The translations under genes and the position numbers were made by a program. A DNA stretch of 64,000 bases from Ktedonobacterales bacterium (GTDB lineage: Bacteria > Chloroflexota > Ktedonobacteria > Ktedonobacterales > JADMIN01). The notes beneath the pieces were generated by a model, which was not told where the DNA came from, ran no database searches, and saw only the letters and a list, made by a program, of their open reading frames with translations. Below, piece after piece: positions 10,189-18,993 of the stretch. The stretch lies in assembly GCA_035716045.1 (NCBI GenBank), contig DASTKI010000157.1, positions 11,341-75,340 on the forward strand, in the 5' to 3' direction. Each line of letters begins with the position of its first letter. Position 1 is the first letter of the stretch.

Positions 10189-12015
10189 CTAGCCCTCCTC
10201 GCCCTCACGCCCTGTATCGCTCAAGCGCGCGCCATCTCGCTCCAGAGATGATCGCGCGCTCGCCTCGATATCGGGTTCATCCTCTTCCATTTCCTCAGCC
10301 AGCAACTGCCGCCTGTACATGCCGGCATAGAGGCCACCGAGCGCCAGCAACGCCAGATGCGAGCCGCGCTCGACGATGCGTCCTTCGTCCAGGACGACGA
10401 TCTGGTCCAGGTCTTTGATGGTAGAGATGCGGTGCGCGATGACAATCGAGGTGCGGCCTTCCATGACGCCGCGCAGCCGCTTCAAGATGGCCGCCTCCGT
10501 ATGGGTGTCCACGCTGGAGAGGGAGTCGTCGAGGATCAGGATCAGTGGGTCCTTGGCGATAGCGCGGGCGATGCCGGCGCGCTGCTTCTGCCCACCGGAG
10601 AGCGTGACGCCGCGCTCGCCAATCATCGTCGCAACGTCGTCCGGGAAGTCGGCGACATCGTTGGCGAGTTGCGAGATATCGAGCGCGCGGGCCAGCTCCT
10701 CCTCTGTGAGGTCGGACGCGCCGAAGCCGACGTTCTCACGGATGGAGAGCGAGAAGAGGAAGTTTTCCTGCGGCACGTAGCCGATGGCGCGACGCAGCTC
10801 CTCCAGCGGGATGTCACGCACGTCGTGGCCGTCAATCAGCACTGCTCCGCTGGTGACATCGTAGACGCGCGCCAGCAGGTTGACAATCGTTGACTTGCCC
10901 GCGCCCGTAGGGCCGACGATCGCCAGTGACGAGCCAGCGGGAACGTGAATCGAGATGTCGTGGAGCGTCTCGCGCTCGCCATAGCTGAAGCTGACGTGGC
11001 GGAACTCGATCTCGCCGCGCGTGGGCGCCGCATCTGGGCTGGCTTCCGGCGCGTTGGCGATGGCTGGAATGGCCTCACGCACTTCGGTGATGCGGCTGAG
11101 CGACGCCGACCCCTGCTGCACGAGGTTGACCGTCCAGCCAAGGGCGATCATCGGCCAGGCGAGCGCGGCGAGATAGGTATTGAACTGGACCAGGCGACCC
11201 AGAGTGATGCGGCCAGTGATGACATCCACGCCGCCGCGCCACAGCAGGACAGCGACCGCCAGCCCGGAAATGAAGTACATCGCTGGCCAGAGCAGCGAGT
11301 TGACGCGCGCGAAGGAGATCGCGCGCCGGACATACTCGGCGTTGATTCGGTTGAAGCCGTCGAGCTCGGCTTGTTCCTGGGCGTAGGCTTTGACAACGCG
11401 AATGCCGGAAAAGTTCTCCTGCGCGCGGGCCGAGACCTCGCCGAACTGGTCCTGTACGAGGCGGTAGCGGCGGTGGATGGAACCGCTGACGAGCACGAAG
11501 AAGACGCTCATAAGCGGCATGACGGTGAGCGAGTAGAGCGTGAGGCGGGGATCAATCGTGACCATCGCGATACCAGTCACGATGATCGCGACGGTTGAAT
11601 TGGCGAGGTTCTGGATGCCTGGGCCGAGCATTTGCCGCACTTGCGAGAGGTCATTGGTCGCGCGCGCGACCAGATCGCCGATCTTGCGCTCCTGGAAATA
11701 GGCGACATCCATGCGCTGGAAGTGGCGGAAGAGGTCACGGCGCATCTCGTACTCCACGCGTCGCGCGACGGAGTTGACGACGAACCGCGAGAGGAACTGG
11801 AAGCCGCCCGCCACAATCGCGATGCCAACGATTTGCAGCGCGTAGAGGGTGAGGGCCCTGGCGTCCGCGCCATGGCTGATTCCGTCTATCGCGCGCTGAA
11901 GGATGAGCGCGGGAACGAGAATGATGAGGTTGGCGATGATGATGAGGACAAGTCCGAACGAGAGGATAAGCCAGTGGCGCAGCATGTAGCCCTGGACGGC
12001 GCGTACTGTCTTCAT
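10189..12015 (-). CDS. ABC transporter permease/ATPase fusion (exporter half-transporter, partner of 8369-10186)
   Basis: 608 aa. Walker A GPTGAGKST, signature LSGGQKQR, Walker B ILILDDSLS. There is a 2-nt gap to the downstream paralogue, consistent with a heterodimeric pair. The C-terminal tail is acidic. Confidence 0.9.
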   Translation of the reverse strand: MKTVRAVQGYMLRHWLILSFGLVLIIIANLIILVPALILQRAIDGISHGADARALTLYALQIVGIAIVAGGFQFLSRFVVNSVARRVEYEMRRDLFRHFQRMDVAYFQERKIGDLVARATNDLSQVRQMLGPGIQNLANSTVAIIVTGIAMVTIDPRLTLYSLTVMPLMSVFFVLVSGSIHRRYRLVQDQFGEVSARAQENFSGIRVVKAYAQEQAELDGFNRINAEYVRRAISFARVNSLLWPAMYFISGLAVAVLLWRGGVDVITGRITLGRLVQFNTYLAALAWPMIALGWTVNLVQQGSASLSRITEVREAIPAIANAPEASPDAAPTRGEIEFRHVSFSYGERETLHDISIHVPAGSSLAIVGPTGAGKSTIVNLLARVYDVTSGAVLIDGHDVRDIPLEELRRAIGYVPQENFLFSLSIRENVGFGASDLTEEELARALDISQLANDVADFPDDVATMIGERGVTLSGGQKQRAGIARAIAKDPLILILDDSLSSVDTHTEAAILKRLRGVMEGRTSIVIAHRISTIKDLDQIVVLDEGRIVERGSHLALLALGGLYAGMYRRQLLAEEMEEDEPDIEASARSSLERDGARLSDTGREGEEG

Positions 12016-12119
12016 GATACCGATGATAGCGCACAGCGGGCGCGCGTTACAACCTCAATTCGGCTCCGGCGATGACCGCCTGTGTTTGATAAGCGTCTAA
12101 CACGATGCGGAGCCGCCGC

Positions 12120-13172
12120 TCACGGCAGCGCCGCCGCAAAGGCGCGCACGAAGTTGCCACCCATGATCCCTGTGATGTCCTCTTCATTGTAGCCACGCTC
12201 ACGTAGCGCGTCAGCGATGCGCGCCAGATCGGCGACGGTATCGAACGGTTCAGGGGTCGTCTCGACGCCCGCGCCGCCGTCGAAGTCGCTGCCGATGCCG
12301 CTGTGGCGCGCGTCTCCGACAAGCTGGCAGACGTGGTCAATGTGGCGGACGACAGCGTCCAGCGCAACAGGCTCTTGCTCGCGCGTCCATCCAGGAACGA
12401 GGAACCCGTTGTGCAGCACGACGCCAATGACGCCGCCGCGGTCGGCGATTGCCTGTATCTGCTCGTCGGTGAAATGGCGGTCGGTCGGCGTATAGACACG
12501 GCAGTTCGTGTGGCTGGCGATGACTGGGCCGGGGTAGCGCTCCAGCGCCTGCCAGACCGCGTCGTCGGCCATATGGCTGAAGTCGAGGACCATGCCCAGG
12601 CGCGCCATCTCGTCCAGCAGCGCGAATCCCAGGTCGGTGAAGCCGCCGGGATGGCCTGTGCCGCCGCAATAGCGCGAGCCACGCCAGGTCGGGCCGATCA
12701 GCCGCAATCCGGCGTCGTACCACTGCTGCAGTTCGGAGGGATCGCGAATCGGGTCGGCGCCTTCCATGAGGAGCAGGAAGCCGACCGGGCGCGCGCCAGG
12801 CGAGGCGGCGGCATGGTCGCGCGTGAGGGCGTCGAGCGCGGCGCGTGAGGTGATGAGGCGCGCGCCAATCGCATCAGGCTCGGCAGCGAGACCCTGATAG
12901 TAGCGTAGCTGCGCCCAGGCGTCAGCGGTGATCGCCTCCTGCTCGCCAGGCAGGCAGAAGATGGTGGAGCAGACCAGCCCAACGCCGCCGCGCCGTAGCT
13001 CGGGTAGGCCGATCATCACCGTGTCCGGCATGCCTGTGATCGCGCCACTGGCGTCGCTCTCCTTAGAGGCGGCAGCTTCACGCGCGCGCTGCTCAGTGGT
13101 CGAGCGCCGCACGTCGCGATCATGGTGGAGCGCATTGATGGCGATGTCCTCATGAGCGTCAACAATGAACAT
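12120..13172 (-). CDS. membrane (renal-type) dipeptidase, M19 family
   Basis: N-terminal MFIVDAHEDIAINAL and HxD metal motifs, FSHMADDAVW, ASHTNCR and GIGSDFDG. GGAGGA RBS is present. Confidence 0.85.
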   Translation of the reverse strand: MFIVDAHEDIAINALHHDRDVRRSTTEQRAREAAASKESDASGAITGMPDTVMIGLPELRRGGVGLVCSTIFCLPGEQEAITADAWAQLRYYQGLAAEPDAIGARLITSRAALDALTRDHAAASPGARPVGFLLLMEGADPIRDPSELQQWYDAGLRLIGPTWRGSRYCGGTGHPGGFTDLGFALLDEMARLGMVLDFSHMADDAVWQALERYPGPVIASHTNCRVYTPTDRHFTDEQIQAIADRGGVIGVVLHNGFLVPGWTREQEPVALDAVVRHIDHVCQLVGDARHSGIGSDFDGGAGVETTPEPFDTVADLARIADALRERGYNEEDITGIMGGNFVRAFAAALP

Positions 13173-13275
13173 GGACGATTCCTCCGCTTTCCCTGGATAC
13201 CGATTGATGAGCTGACTACGCTATCTGCGATGAGACGGACGATGGGAACGCTTCGAGGCGGAAGGAGGAGGCGCG

Positions 13276-13632
13276 CTAGCTGAGCGCGGATGCGATACGC
13301 TGGCGCAGCTCCTCCTCGGTGAGGCCTGTGATCGAGAGTCGCTTGACGCGGGCGGTCTGTCCCTGAGTGATGGCAAGGGAGCGGCGAGGCAGCCCCAACC
13401 GCTCCGCTAGAAGGGCGATCAGCGCGGCGTTGGCGGCGCCGTCAACGGGCGCGGCGCGCAGACGGACGCGAAGCTGGCGATCCTCGATGGTGAGCGTGTC
13501 ACGGCTGGCGCGTGGAATCACACGAACGGTGATAGTCAGCGCGCCACGCGCTGCGCCAATGGTCAGCGGCGCAGCCGGACTGGCGCTGGCGGCGCCCGCG
13601 GGGTGTGGCTCGTGGGGCGGCTGCGCTACCAT
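13276..13632 (-). CDS. yggU: DUF167 (YggU) family protein
   Basis: The C-terminal 118 aa of the 326-aa ORF read ITVRVIPRASRD...LRVRLRAAPVDGAANAALIALLAERLGLPRRSLAITQGQTARVKRLSI. ATG at 13632 overlaps the yggT stop by 7 nt. The upstream part of the long ORF is a shadow frame of yggT and the next gene. Confidence 0.7.
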   Translation of the reverse strand: MVAQPPHEPHPAGAASASPAAPLTIGAARGALTITVRVIPRASRDTLTIEDRQLRVRLRAAPVDGAANAALIALLAERLGLPRRSLAITQGQTARVKRLSITGLTEEELRQRIASALS

Positions 13633-13937
13633 GTGGCGGGAAGCGCGCTGACGATCAGGTACTCCAACACAGTCAACGCCCACCATGAAAAGATGATGGC
13701 GATGGTCGCGCGCAGATCGAACATGCTGAGCGTGACGCGCGGCAGGACATTGTAGATAGGATCGTAGACCGGGGCCGTGATGTTGGTGAAGAAGCGGACG
13801 AATGGATTGCCCGGCGATAGCATTGGCAGCCAGGAGAGGATCACCCGCACAAGCAGGCAGATAATGAGGAAGCCGAAGAGGAGCATGATGAACAGATGCA
13901 GGAGCCCAAGAGACCCCAGGAGTTCCAGTGCGGCCAT
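13626..13937 (-). CDS. yggT: YggT family membrane protein
   Basis: 103 aa with LLVRVILSWLP...NPFVRFFTNITAPVYDPI, typical of YggT/Ycf19. Confidence 0.8.
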   Translation of the reverse strand: MAALELLGSLGLLHLFIMLLFGFLIICLLVRVILSWLPMLSPGNPFVRFFTNITAPVYDPIYNVLPRVTLSMFDLRATIAIIFSWWALTVLEYLIVSALPATW

Positions 13938-13991
13938 GGCCCATCACGCTCCTTCTTGAGGTGTCTTTGGCGCGCCGCGAATGGCGCGCGA

Positions 13992-14489
13992 TCACCGGAC
14001 AGTCGTGGTCACGGTCTCCACGACACGGCGGCCCAGCATGCGACGCGAGCGCACGTCTATGATGCGGACATCGCTGAGATCGGGCAATGTGGTCAGATAC
14101 TTCTGGGCCAACGAGCCGAGCGGCCGGGCGATCGCGATGCTTGCCACGGAGCTGGCCAGCGCTGTCGCCAGCCGAGTCCGCTGGCGCATCGCGGTCAGCG
14201 ACCAGAGCGAGCCCATGAGCGCCAAGGACATCCCTACTGCGAGGTTCGTGCCGCAATTGGGATGGATCGCCAGTTCAGCTTCGCCCGCGCGCAAGCGAGC
14301 CAGCGCCTCGTCGGCGGCGCTACGCACCAGCGTGGGATCGAGGTCGGCGAAGATCGTGAAGCCGTGGGTATTGGAGCGAGCGCTCACGCTAAGGCCGGGT
14401 AGGTCGCTGGTGAGAATGGTAACGGTCGCGTGTTCCAGGGCGTGGTTCTGGCGCACGCGCCTGGTAAGCAGCAAATCGCCCGCGTCCAT
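13992..14489 (-). CDS. conserved-looking hypothetical protein (165 aa) with NHALEHAT and HPNCGTN motifs
   Basis: GC3-rich ORF lying between yggS and yggT. The His/Cys motifs suggest metal binding. It has no similarity to SepF that I can see. Confidence 0.6.
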   Translation of the reverse strand: MDAGDLLLTRRVRQNHALEHATVTILTSDLPGLSVSARSNTHGFTIFADLDPTLVRSAADEALARLRAGEAELAIHPNCGTNLAVGMSLALMGSLWSLTAMRQRTRLATALASSVASIAIARPLGSLAQKYLTTLPDLSDVRIIDVRSRRMLGRRVVETVTTTVR

Positions 14490-14602
14490 AGGCCCCCCTC
14501 GAAGTTCACCCGTGTACCTGTCGGGCGTGTCAGTGTGTTTTCCAGTGTATCACGATCATACGATATGCGCTCTCCCGCGGTCTGTTTGGCCACCCGCGGG
14601 AG

Positions 14603-15415
14603 CTAGTTGAGAGGCGGATTTGTCGTCATCTGTGGCGCAGGGCGCTCGCCGAAGAGCCCGCGTCCAATGCGGACGAGGGTGGCCCCCTCCTCGATGGCGA
14701 CCTCGAAGTCGTCGCTCATGCCCATCGAAAGCTCGCGCCAGCCCTCCTCGCCGAGCGGGACGGCGGCGCGTAGGTGGTCGTGTAGCTCGCGCAAGCGGCG
14801 AAAGACTGGGCGCGCCTGCTCCGGGTCGGGAACCAGCGGTGCGACGGTCATCAGCCCTTCGATGCGCAGCATAGGTAGAGCGGCGATGACGCGCGCGACG
14901 TTCTCCGCCTCATCAGCGGCGAAGCCGGATTTGCTGCCCTCACCGGCAACATTGACCTCAAGCAAGATGGGCAGCGTGCGGTTGAGCACCGTGGCCCGCG
15001 CGCTCAACGCTTCCGCAAGTCGCAGGCTATCAACGCTCTGGATGCGGTCGAAGAGCTCCAGCGCGCGTCCGGATTTGTTGGTCTGCAAGTGGCCGATCAG
15101 TTCCCAGCGCATCCGGCCCAGCAGCCGCGCCGCATTGGGGTCGCCCTCGGCCAGCGCCGCCAGCCGTACGCGCTTGTCGCGCGCCTCCTGCACGCGATTC
15201 TCGCCGAAGACTGTCAGACCGAGCGCCGCCGCCGCGAGCACACGCTCAGCGGGAACGGTCTTGGTGACAGCGATCAGCGTCACGCTCTCCGCTGTGCGGT
15301 CAGCGCGCCTCGCCGCCGCCGCGATGCGGGTCTGTATGGCGCGCGCGCGCTCCGCGAGCGCATCATCCACCCAGGCGCTGGCGCTGGTTGGCGCTGTATC
15401 TTCCAGGCGTTCCAT
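14603..15415 (-). CDS. yggS: YggS-family pyridoxal-phosphate homeostasis protein
   Basis: 270 aa. Motifs: LIAVTKTVP (PLP lysine), FGENRVQE, WELIGHLQTNK and LSMGMSDDFEVAIEEGAT. GGGGAG RBS is present. Confidence 0.9.
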   Translation of the reverse strand: MERLEDTAPTSASAWVDDALAERARAIQTRIAAAARRADRTAESVTLIAVTKTVPAERVLAAAALGLTVFGENRVQEARDKRVRLAALAEGDPNAARLLGRMRWELIGHLQTNKSGRALELFDRIQSVDSLRLAEALSARATVLNRTLPILLEVNVAGEGSKSGFAADEAENVARVIAALPMLRIEGLMTVAPLVPDPEQARPVFRRLRELHDHLRAAVPLGEEGWRELSMGMSDDFEVAIEEGATLVRIGRGLFGERPAPQMTTNPPLN

Positions 15416-15443
15416 GCGCGCAGACTCCCCAATGAACCGGCGA

Positions 15444-16289
15444 TCAGGCTGCGAGGCCGATCACCACGCCGAAGCGCCCATCGGCCTGTGGGCGCTTGCG
15501 GTGCGAATAGAAGAGGTCGGCAGCGCAGCCGGTGCAGTGCGGCGCCACATCCAGATGGTCAGCGCGCACGCCAGCGGCCAGGATCTGGCGCGCGTTGCTC
15601 TCGGTCACGTCGAGATAGAACGCGGAGTCGCCGCCATCATCGGCGCGCTGGACGAACGTCGCGGTGTCACGGGCGCGCGGGTCACGCTGGAAAGCGTCAT
15701 ACACGACGTCGTTGACCTGGTAGCAGCAGGACTGGATGGCGGGGCCGACGCCCGCGAGCAGCTCTTCGGGCCGTGAGCCGAACCGCTCGCGCATCGCGTC
15801 TATGGTGCGCGGACCGATGGCGCCCGCCGCGCCACGCCAACCGCCATGCGCGAGGGCGATGGCACGGTGGCGGGGATCGTACAGCAGGATGGGCGCGCAG
15901 TCGCCAAAGCCCCAGAACAGGCCAAGGCTGGTCTCGGTGGTGATCATCGCGTCGGCGAGTACCTGTCGCGTGCGGTCACGCAGGGCCTCATCAGGCTCGC
16001 CGGGCGACTTGCGCGCGATGACGCAGGAGTCCACGCCGTGGGCGGCGCGCGCGCTGATGAGCGTGAGGCCAAGCTCGCTGGCGATGACGCGCTGGTTGCG
16101 GCGCGCCGAGTCAGGGTCGTCGCCGGTGGTAGTGGCGACATTCAGCCCATCGAACGGGGGCGCGCTGTAGCCGCCCTTGCGGGTGAAGACGCCATGGAGC
16201 AGGCCGGGGGCCTGGCTGAGGCGCTCGAAGAGCAGATAGACGCAGCGGTCTCCAGTGCGCTCGATCACACAGGCTCCTTGATTTTCCAC
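15444..16289 (-). CDS. pgeF: peptidoglycan editing factor PgeF (YfiH/DUF152 laccase-domain protein)
   Basis: 281 aa. Motifs: HGVFTRKGG, DAMITT, CAPILLYD, LAHGGWRG, C..CCYQV and HCT.C. Confidence 0.85.
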   Translation of the reverse strand: MENQGACVIERTGDRCVYLLFERLSQAPGLLHGVFTRKGGYSAPPFDGLNVATTTGDDPDSARRNQRVIASELGLTLISARAAHGVDSCVIARKSPGEPDEALRDRTRQVLADAMITTETSLGLFWGFGDCAPILLYDPRHRAIALAHGGWRGAAGAIGPRTIDAMRERFGSRPEELLAGVGPAIQSCCYQVNDVVYDAFQRDPRARDTATFVQRADDGGDSAFYLDVTESNARQILAAGVRADHLDVAPHCTGCAADLFYSHRKRPQADGRFGVVIGLAA

Positions 16290-16392
16290 GATGACCTTCG
16301 TATAGCCATGGACTATGAGCTTGCGAACGTAAGGAGCATAACACGCTCTGGCCTGCTACGACCTGGAGTACCAGGCGCAGCGTGGCGCGCCG

Positions 16393-16611
16393 CTAGACGC
16401 TAGGCCGCCGCGTCTGACGCCAGGCGAGCGTGGAGAGCGCGCCCGCGACGACGCCAAGCACGACCGCTACCGCGGCGCGCAGGAGTAAGACCCATTCTGG
16501 CGCCGCGTTACCGGTCGGCGGGTCCATCAGGGTGACGACGAACAGCGCCGCGCCCGCGATGACCATCACCACCGCCATCAGGCCAAATCCCAGCGCGTAG
16601 ACTCTCCACAT
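16393..16611 (-). CDS. small membrane protein (72 aa, 2 TM)
   Basis: Two hydrophobic helices. GGAGGAG lies upstream of the ATG at 16611. Confidence 0.55.
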   Translation of the reverse strand: MWRVYALGFGLMAVVMVIAGAALFVVTLMDPPTGNAAPEWVLLLRAAVAVVLGVVAGALSTLAWRQTRRPSV

Positions 16612-16640
16612 CGCTCGCTCTCCTCCTGAATTCGAGAATT

Positions 16641-17435
16641 CTAGGGCGCGGCCGTCGGGGCGCTCGCCAGACCGGCCTCGCGGCGCAGCGTCTCCGCCTC
16701 GCGCGCGGTCAACTGGCGCGTTTCGCCGGGGGCCAGGTCGCCAAGCGTCAGCGGGCCGACGCGCACGCGCCGCAGCCGGATGACCGGATGGCCGATGGCG
16801 TCGAACATACGGCGCGCCTGCCGGTTGCGCCCCTCATGCAGCTCCAGGCCAACCCAGGCGCCCTCGTCGGCGCCGCCGCGCAGCAGCCAGGCGCGAGCGG
16901 ACGCGGTCGGGCGCGTCTCGCCGGGGAGCAGGATGCCTGCGGCCAGGCGCGCTAGCTCCTCGGGCGTTGGGCGTCCCTCTACCAGCGCGTGATATTCCTT
17001 GGCAAGCGCATAGCGTGGGTGGGTGAGACGTAGCGCCAGGTCGCCATCGTTGGTGAGCAGCAACAAGCCCTCGGTGTTGTGGTCGAGGCGACCAACGGGA
17101 TACACCCGCTCATGGCGCCAGCGTGGGGGCAGCAGATCGAGCACCGTGCGCCGTCCATGCGGATCATTGACGGTTGTGACGACGCCAGCGGGCTTGTTCA
17201 TCAGGAGATAGCGATTGCGCGTGGCGGGTGTGACACGTTCGCCGCGTACCCGCACGACATCGCGCGTAGGGTCCACCCGGACGCCAAGCTCGCGCGCGAC
17301 CGCGCCATTGACGGTGACGAGGCCGGAGGTGATGAGGTCCTCAGCGTGGCGACGGGAGGCCACGCCGCAGCGGGCGAGGTACTTTTGCAGGCGCTCGCCC
17401 TCTGGCGCGGTGGAACCGGTTTCGTCTATGCTCAT
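16641..17435 (-). CDS. rluB: pseudouridine synthase, RsuA/RluB family
   Basis: S4 domain RLQKYLARCGVASRR and catalytic motif VGRLDHNTEGLLLLTNDG. Its ATG overlaps the stop of the upstream HTH gene (ATGA at 17432-17435). Confidence 0.9.
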   Translation of the reverse strand: MSIDETGSTAPEGERLQKYLARCGVASRRHAEDLITSGLVTVNGAVARELGVRVDPTRDVVRVRGERVTPATRNRYLLMNKPAGVVTTVNDPHGRRTVLDLLPPRWRHERVYPVGRLDHNTEGLLLLTNDGDLALRLTHPRYALAKEYHALVEGRPTPEELARLAAGILLPGETRPTASARAWLLRGGADEGAWVGLELHEGRNRQARRMFDAIGHPVIRLRRVRVGPLTLGDLAPGETRQLTAREAETLRREAGLASAPTAAP

Positions 17436-17773
17436 GCGACGAGCGCGCCGAGCATATTGACGACGCGACCTGGGCCAGCGGCGCCCACAGGCTCTGTCAC
17501 GCTGGGCGTGGTGAAGCCGATAGCGCGCGTGACTACGCGCTCCTCACCACGGAGCGTGAAGGCGATCAGCATGAGCAGATCGGGCGTCGCCAGGTCGAGG
17601 GCGGAGGCCAGGCGCTCCAGCACGACGGGCGAGGGATACTTCTTACCGCGCTCGATTTCCCCCAGGTAGACGACGGAGACAATGGCGCGCGCCGCCAGCT
17701 CCTTCAGCGTCATGCCGCGCGCGCGCCGCTCCCGGCGAATCACGGCTCCCACCGCCGCTTGCAGATCGTCCAT
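17432..17773 (-). CDS. XRE-family HTH transcriptional regulator, ClgR-like
   Basis: MDDLQAAVGAVIRRERRARGMTLKELAARAIVSVVYLGEIERGKKYPSPVVLERLASALDL. GGAGG lies upstream of the ATG at 17773. It resembles actinobacterial ClgR (VSLGYLSEIERGRKEPS, recalled from memory) and lies divergent from clpP. Confidence 0.75.
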   Translation of the reverse strand: MDDLQAAVGAVIRRERRARGMTLKELAARAIVSVVYLGEIERGKKYPSPVVLERLASALDLATPDLLMLIAFTLRGEERVVTRAIGFTTPSVTEPVGAAGPGRVVNMLGALVA

Positions 17774-17821
17774 CGCGTCGCCTCCATCGTTGAGTCGTGG
17801 ACCAGCGCTCGCGCGCCACAT

Positions 17822-17864
17822 ATGCTGATAGCATCGCTCGCCCCGCCAGCGATGCTATCAGCAT
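17822..17864. promoter_or_regulatory. 43-bp perfect composite palindrome (candidate operator) in the clgR-like / DUF4177-clpP divergent region
   Basis: ATGCTGATAGCATCGCT, then a 9-nt spacer, then AGCGATGCTATCAGCAT. Each arm also contains ATGCT-N3-AGCAT. Confidence 0.6.
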
Positions 17865-17993
17865 CGGATTCGCCTTCAATTCTACGCCGCGCCCGCCTAT
17901 GTTACAAGCGACACGCGCGGATGGCGCCGGGCGGCAGGCGTGTCCCGCCAGGCGCCATCCACGATTCTGGCTTTTCGGGAGGAGCGATTTCCG

Positions 17994-18257
17994 ATGTTGA
18001 ACGTCAGAGGGCTGGGATTCGAGCAGAAGCCGCCGCAGCCCTTCAGCTTGCCAATGCCGATTGTCTACGAGCGCGTCAGCGAGCCACCGCGCTGGGAGTA
18101 CCACAGCGTCACGATTGACCTGCGCGAAGACGAGCCACTGGACGAGCGCGCGCTCAACGCGCTGGGCGCTGAGGGCTGGATGCTGGTCAGCGTGGCGCAT
18201 CCGGTGGGCAAGAGCGAGTCCGCGCGGCTGATCTACTACTTCATGCGTCCGGCGTGA
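17994..18257 (+). CDS. DUF4177-like small protein
   Basis: 87 aa from ATG 17994 (GGGAGGAG upstream). [11 protein letters not shown]...[14 protein letters not shown]...LIYYFMRP matches the DUF4177 pattern as I recall it. Confidence 0.6.
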   Translation: MLNVRGLGFEQKPPQPFSLPMPIVYERVSEPPRWEYHSVTIDLREDEPLDERALNALGAEGWMLVSVAHPVGKSESARLIYYFMRPA

Positions 18258-18280
18258 CCTGGAACGAGGAGGATACTACA

Positions 18281-18940
18281 ATGTCCGCGGATTATGGCGC
18301 GCGCGACGCGCAACTCTCGGCAGCGGCGCTGATTGTGCCGACGGTGATCGAGAGCGGCACACGGGGCGAGCGGGCCTACGATCTCTATTCCCGCCTGCTG
18401 CGCGAGCGCATCATCATGGTCAACGGCCCCATCGAGGACCAGGCCGCCAATCTGATCGTCGCCGAGTTGCTGTTTCTGGCGAGCGAGCAGCCAGAGCGCG
18501 AGATCAATATGTACATCAACTCGCCGGGCGGCGTCATCACCGCTGGGCTGGCGATCTATGACACCATGCGCACGCTGCGCTGCCCGATCGCCACGACCTG
18601 CGTGGGCCTGGCGGCCAGCTTCGGCACAATCCTGCTCATGGCGGGTGACCCTGGCAGGCGCTTCGCCTTGCCGCACGCCAAGGTGCATCTACATCAGCCG
18701 CTCTTGCAGGGCGGGCTCGGCGGGCAGGTGACCGACATTGACATCCATGCGCGCGACCTGCTGCATACCCGCGACGTGATGAATGACATCATCGCGCTGC
18801 ATACCGGCCAGTCGCTGGAGCGCATCCGCCACGACACCGAGCGCGACTTCTTCATGACCGCCGAGGCCGCGCGCGAATTCGGTATCGTGGATGAAGTGCT
18901 GACACTCGAAGACTGGAAGGGGCGCGCCCGAAACCGTTGA
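18281..18940 (+). CDS. clpP: ATP-dependent Clp protease proteolytic subunit
   Basis: Motifs: [38 protein letters not shown] (Ser), HQP (His), [19 protein letters not shown] (Asp). GAGGAGG lies upstream of ATG 18281. Confidence 0.9.
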   Translation: MSADYGARDAQLSAAALIVPTVIESGTRGERAYDLYSRLLRERIIMVNGPIEDQAANLIVAELLFLASEQPEREINMYINSPGGVITAGLAIYDTMRTLRCPIATTCVGLAASFGTILLMAGDPGRRFALPHAKVHLHQPLLQGGLGGQVTDIDIHARDLLHTRDVMNDIIALHTGQSLERIRHDTERDFFMTAEAAREFGIVDEVLTLEDWKGRARNR

Positions 18941-18993
18941 CTGCGGGAGCGTGGCGCCGCGAGCCGCTGTTGAGGAGGCGAGGAGGAGAGACC

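Noticed and set aside
13633-14256. N-terminal 208 codons of the 326-aa ORF 13276-14256
   Set aside because: This part overlaps yggT and the 165-aa gene in other frames and is Arg/His/Pro-rich. Only the C-terminal 118 aa (DUF167) look genuine, with an ATG at 13632.
14607-15776. 389-aa plus-strand ORF, plus similar long shadows at 18694-19875, 55378-56589 and 61084-61932
   Set aside because: All are antisense to genes with clear family motifs (yggS/pgeF, epimerase, DUF1786-like, thiL). All show Ser/Arg/Ala-rich junk composition.
16625-16640. GAATTCGAGAATTC double EcoRI-site palindrome between the small membrane gene and rluB
   Set aside because: It is short and lies in a 29-nt spacer that also holds the RBS. 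It is most simply explained by chance.
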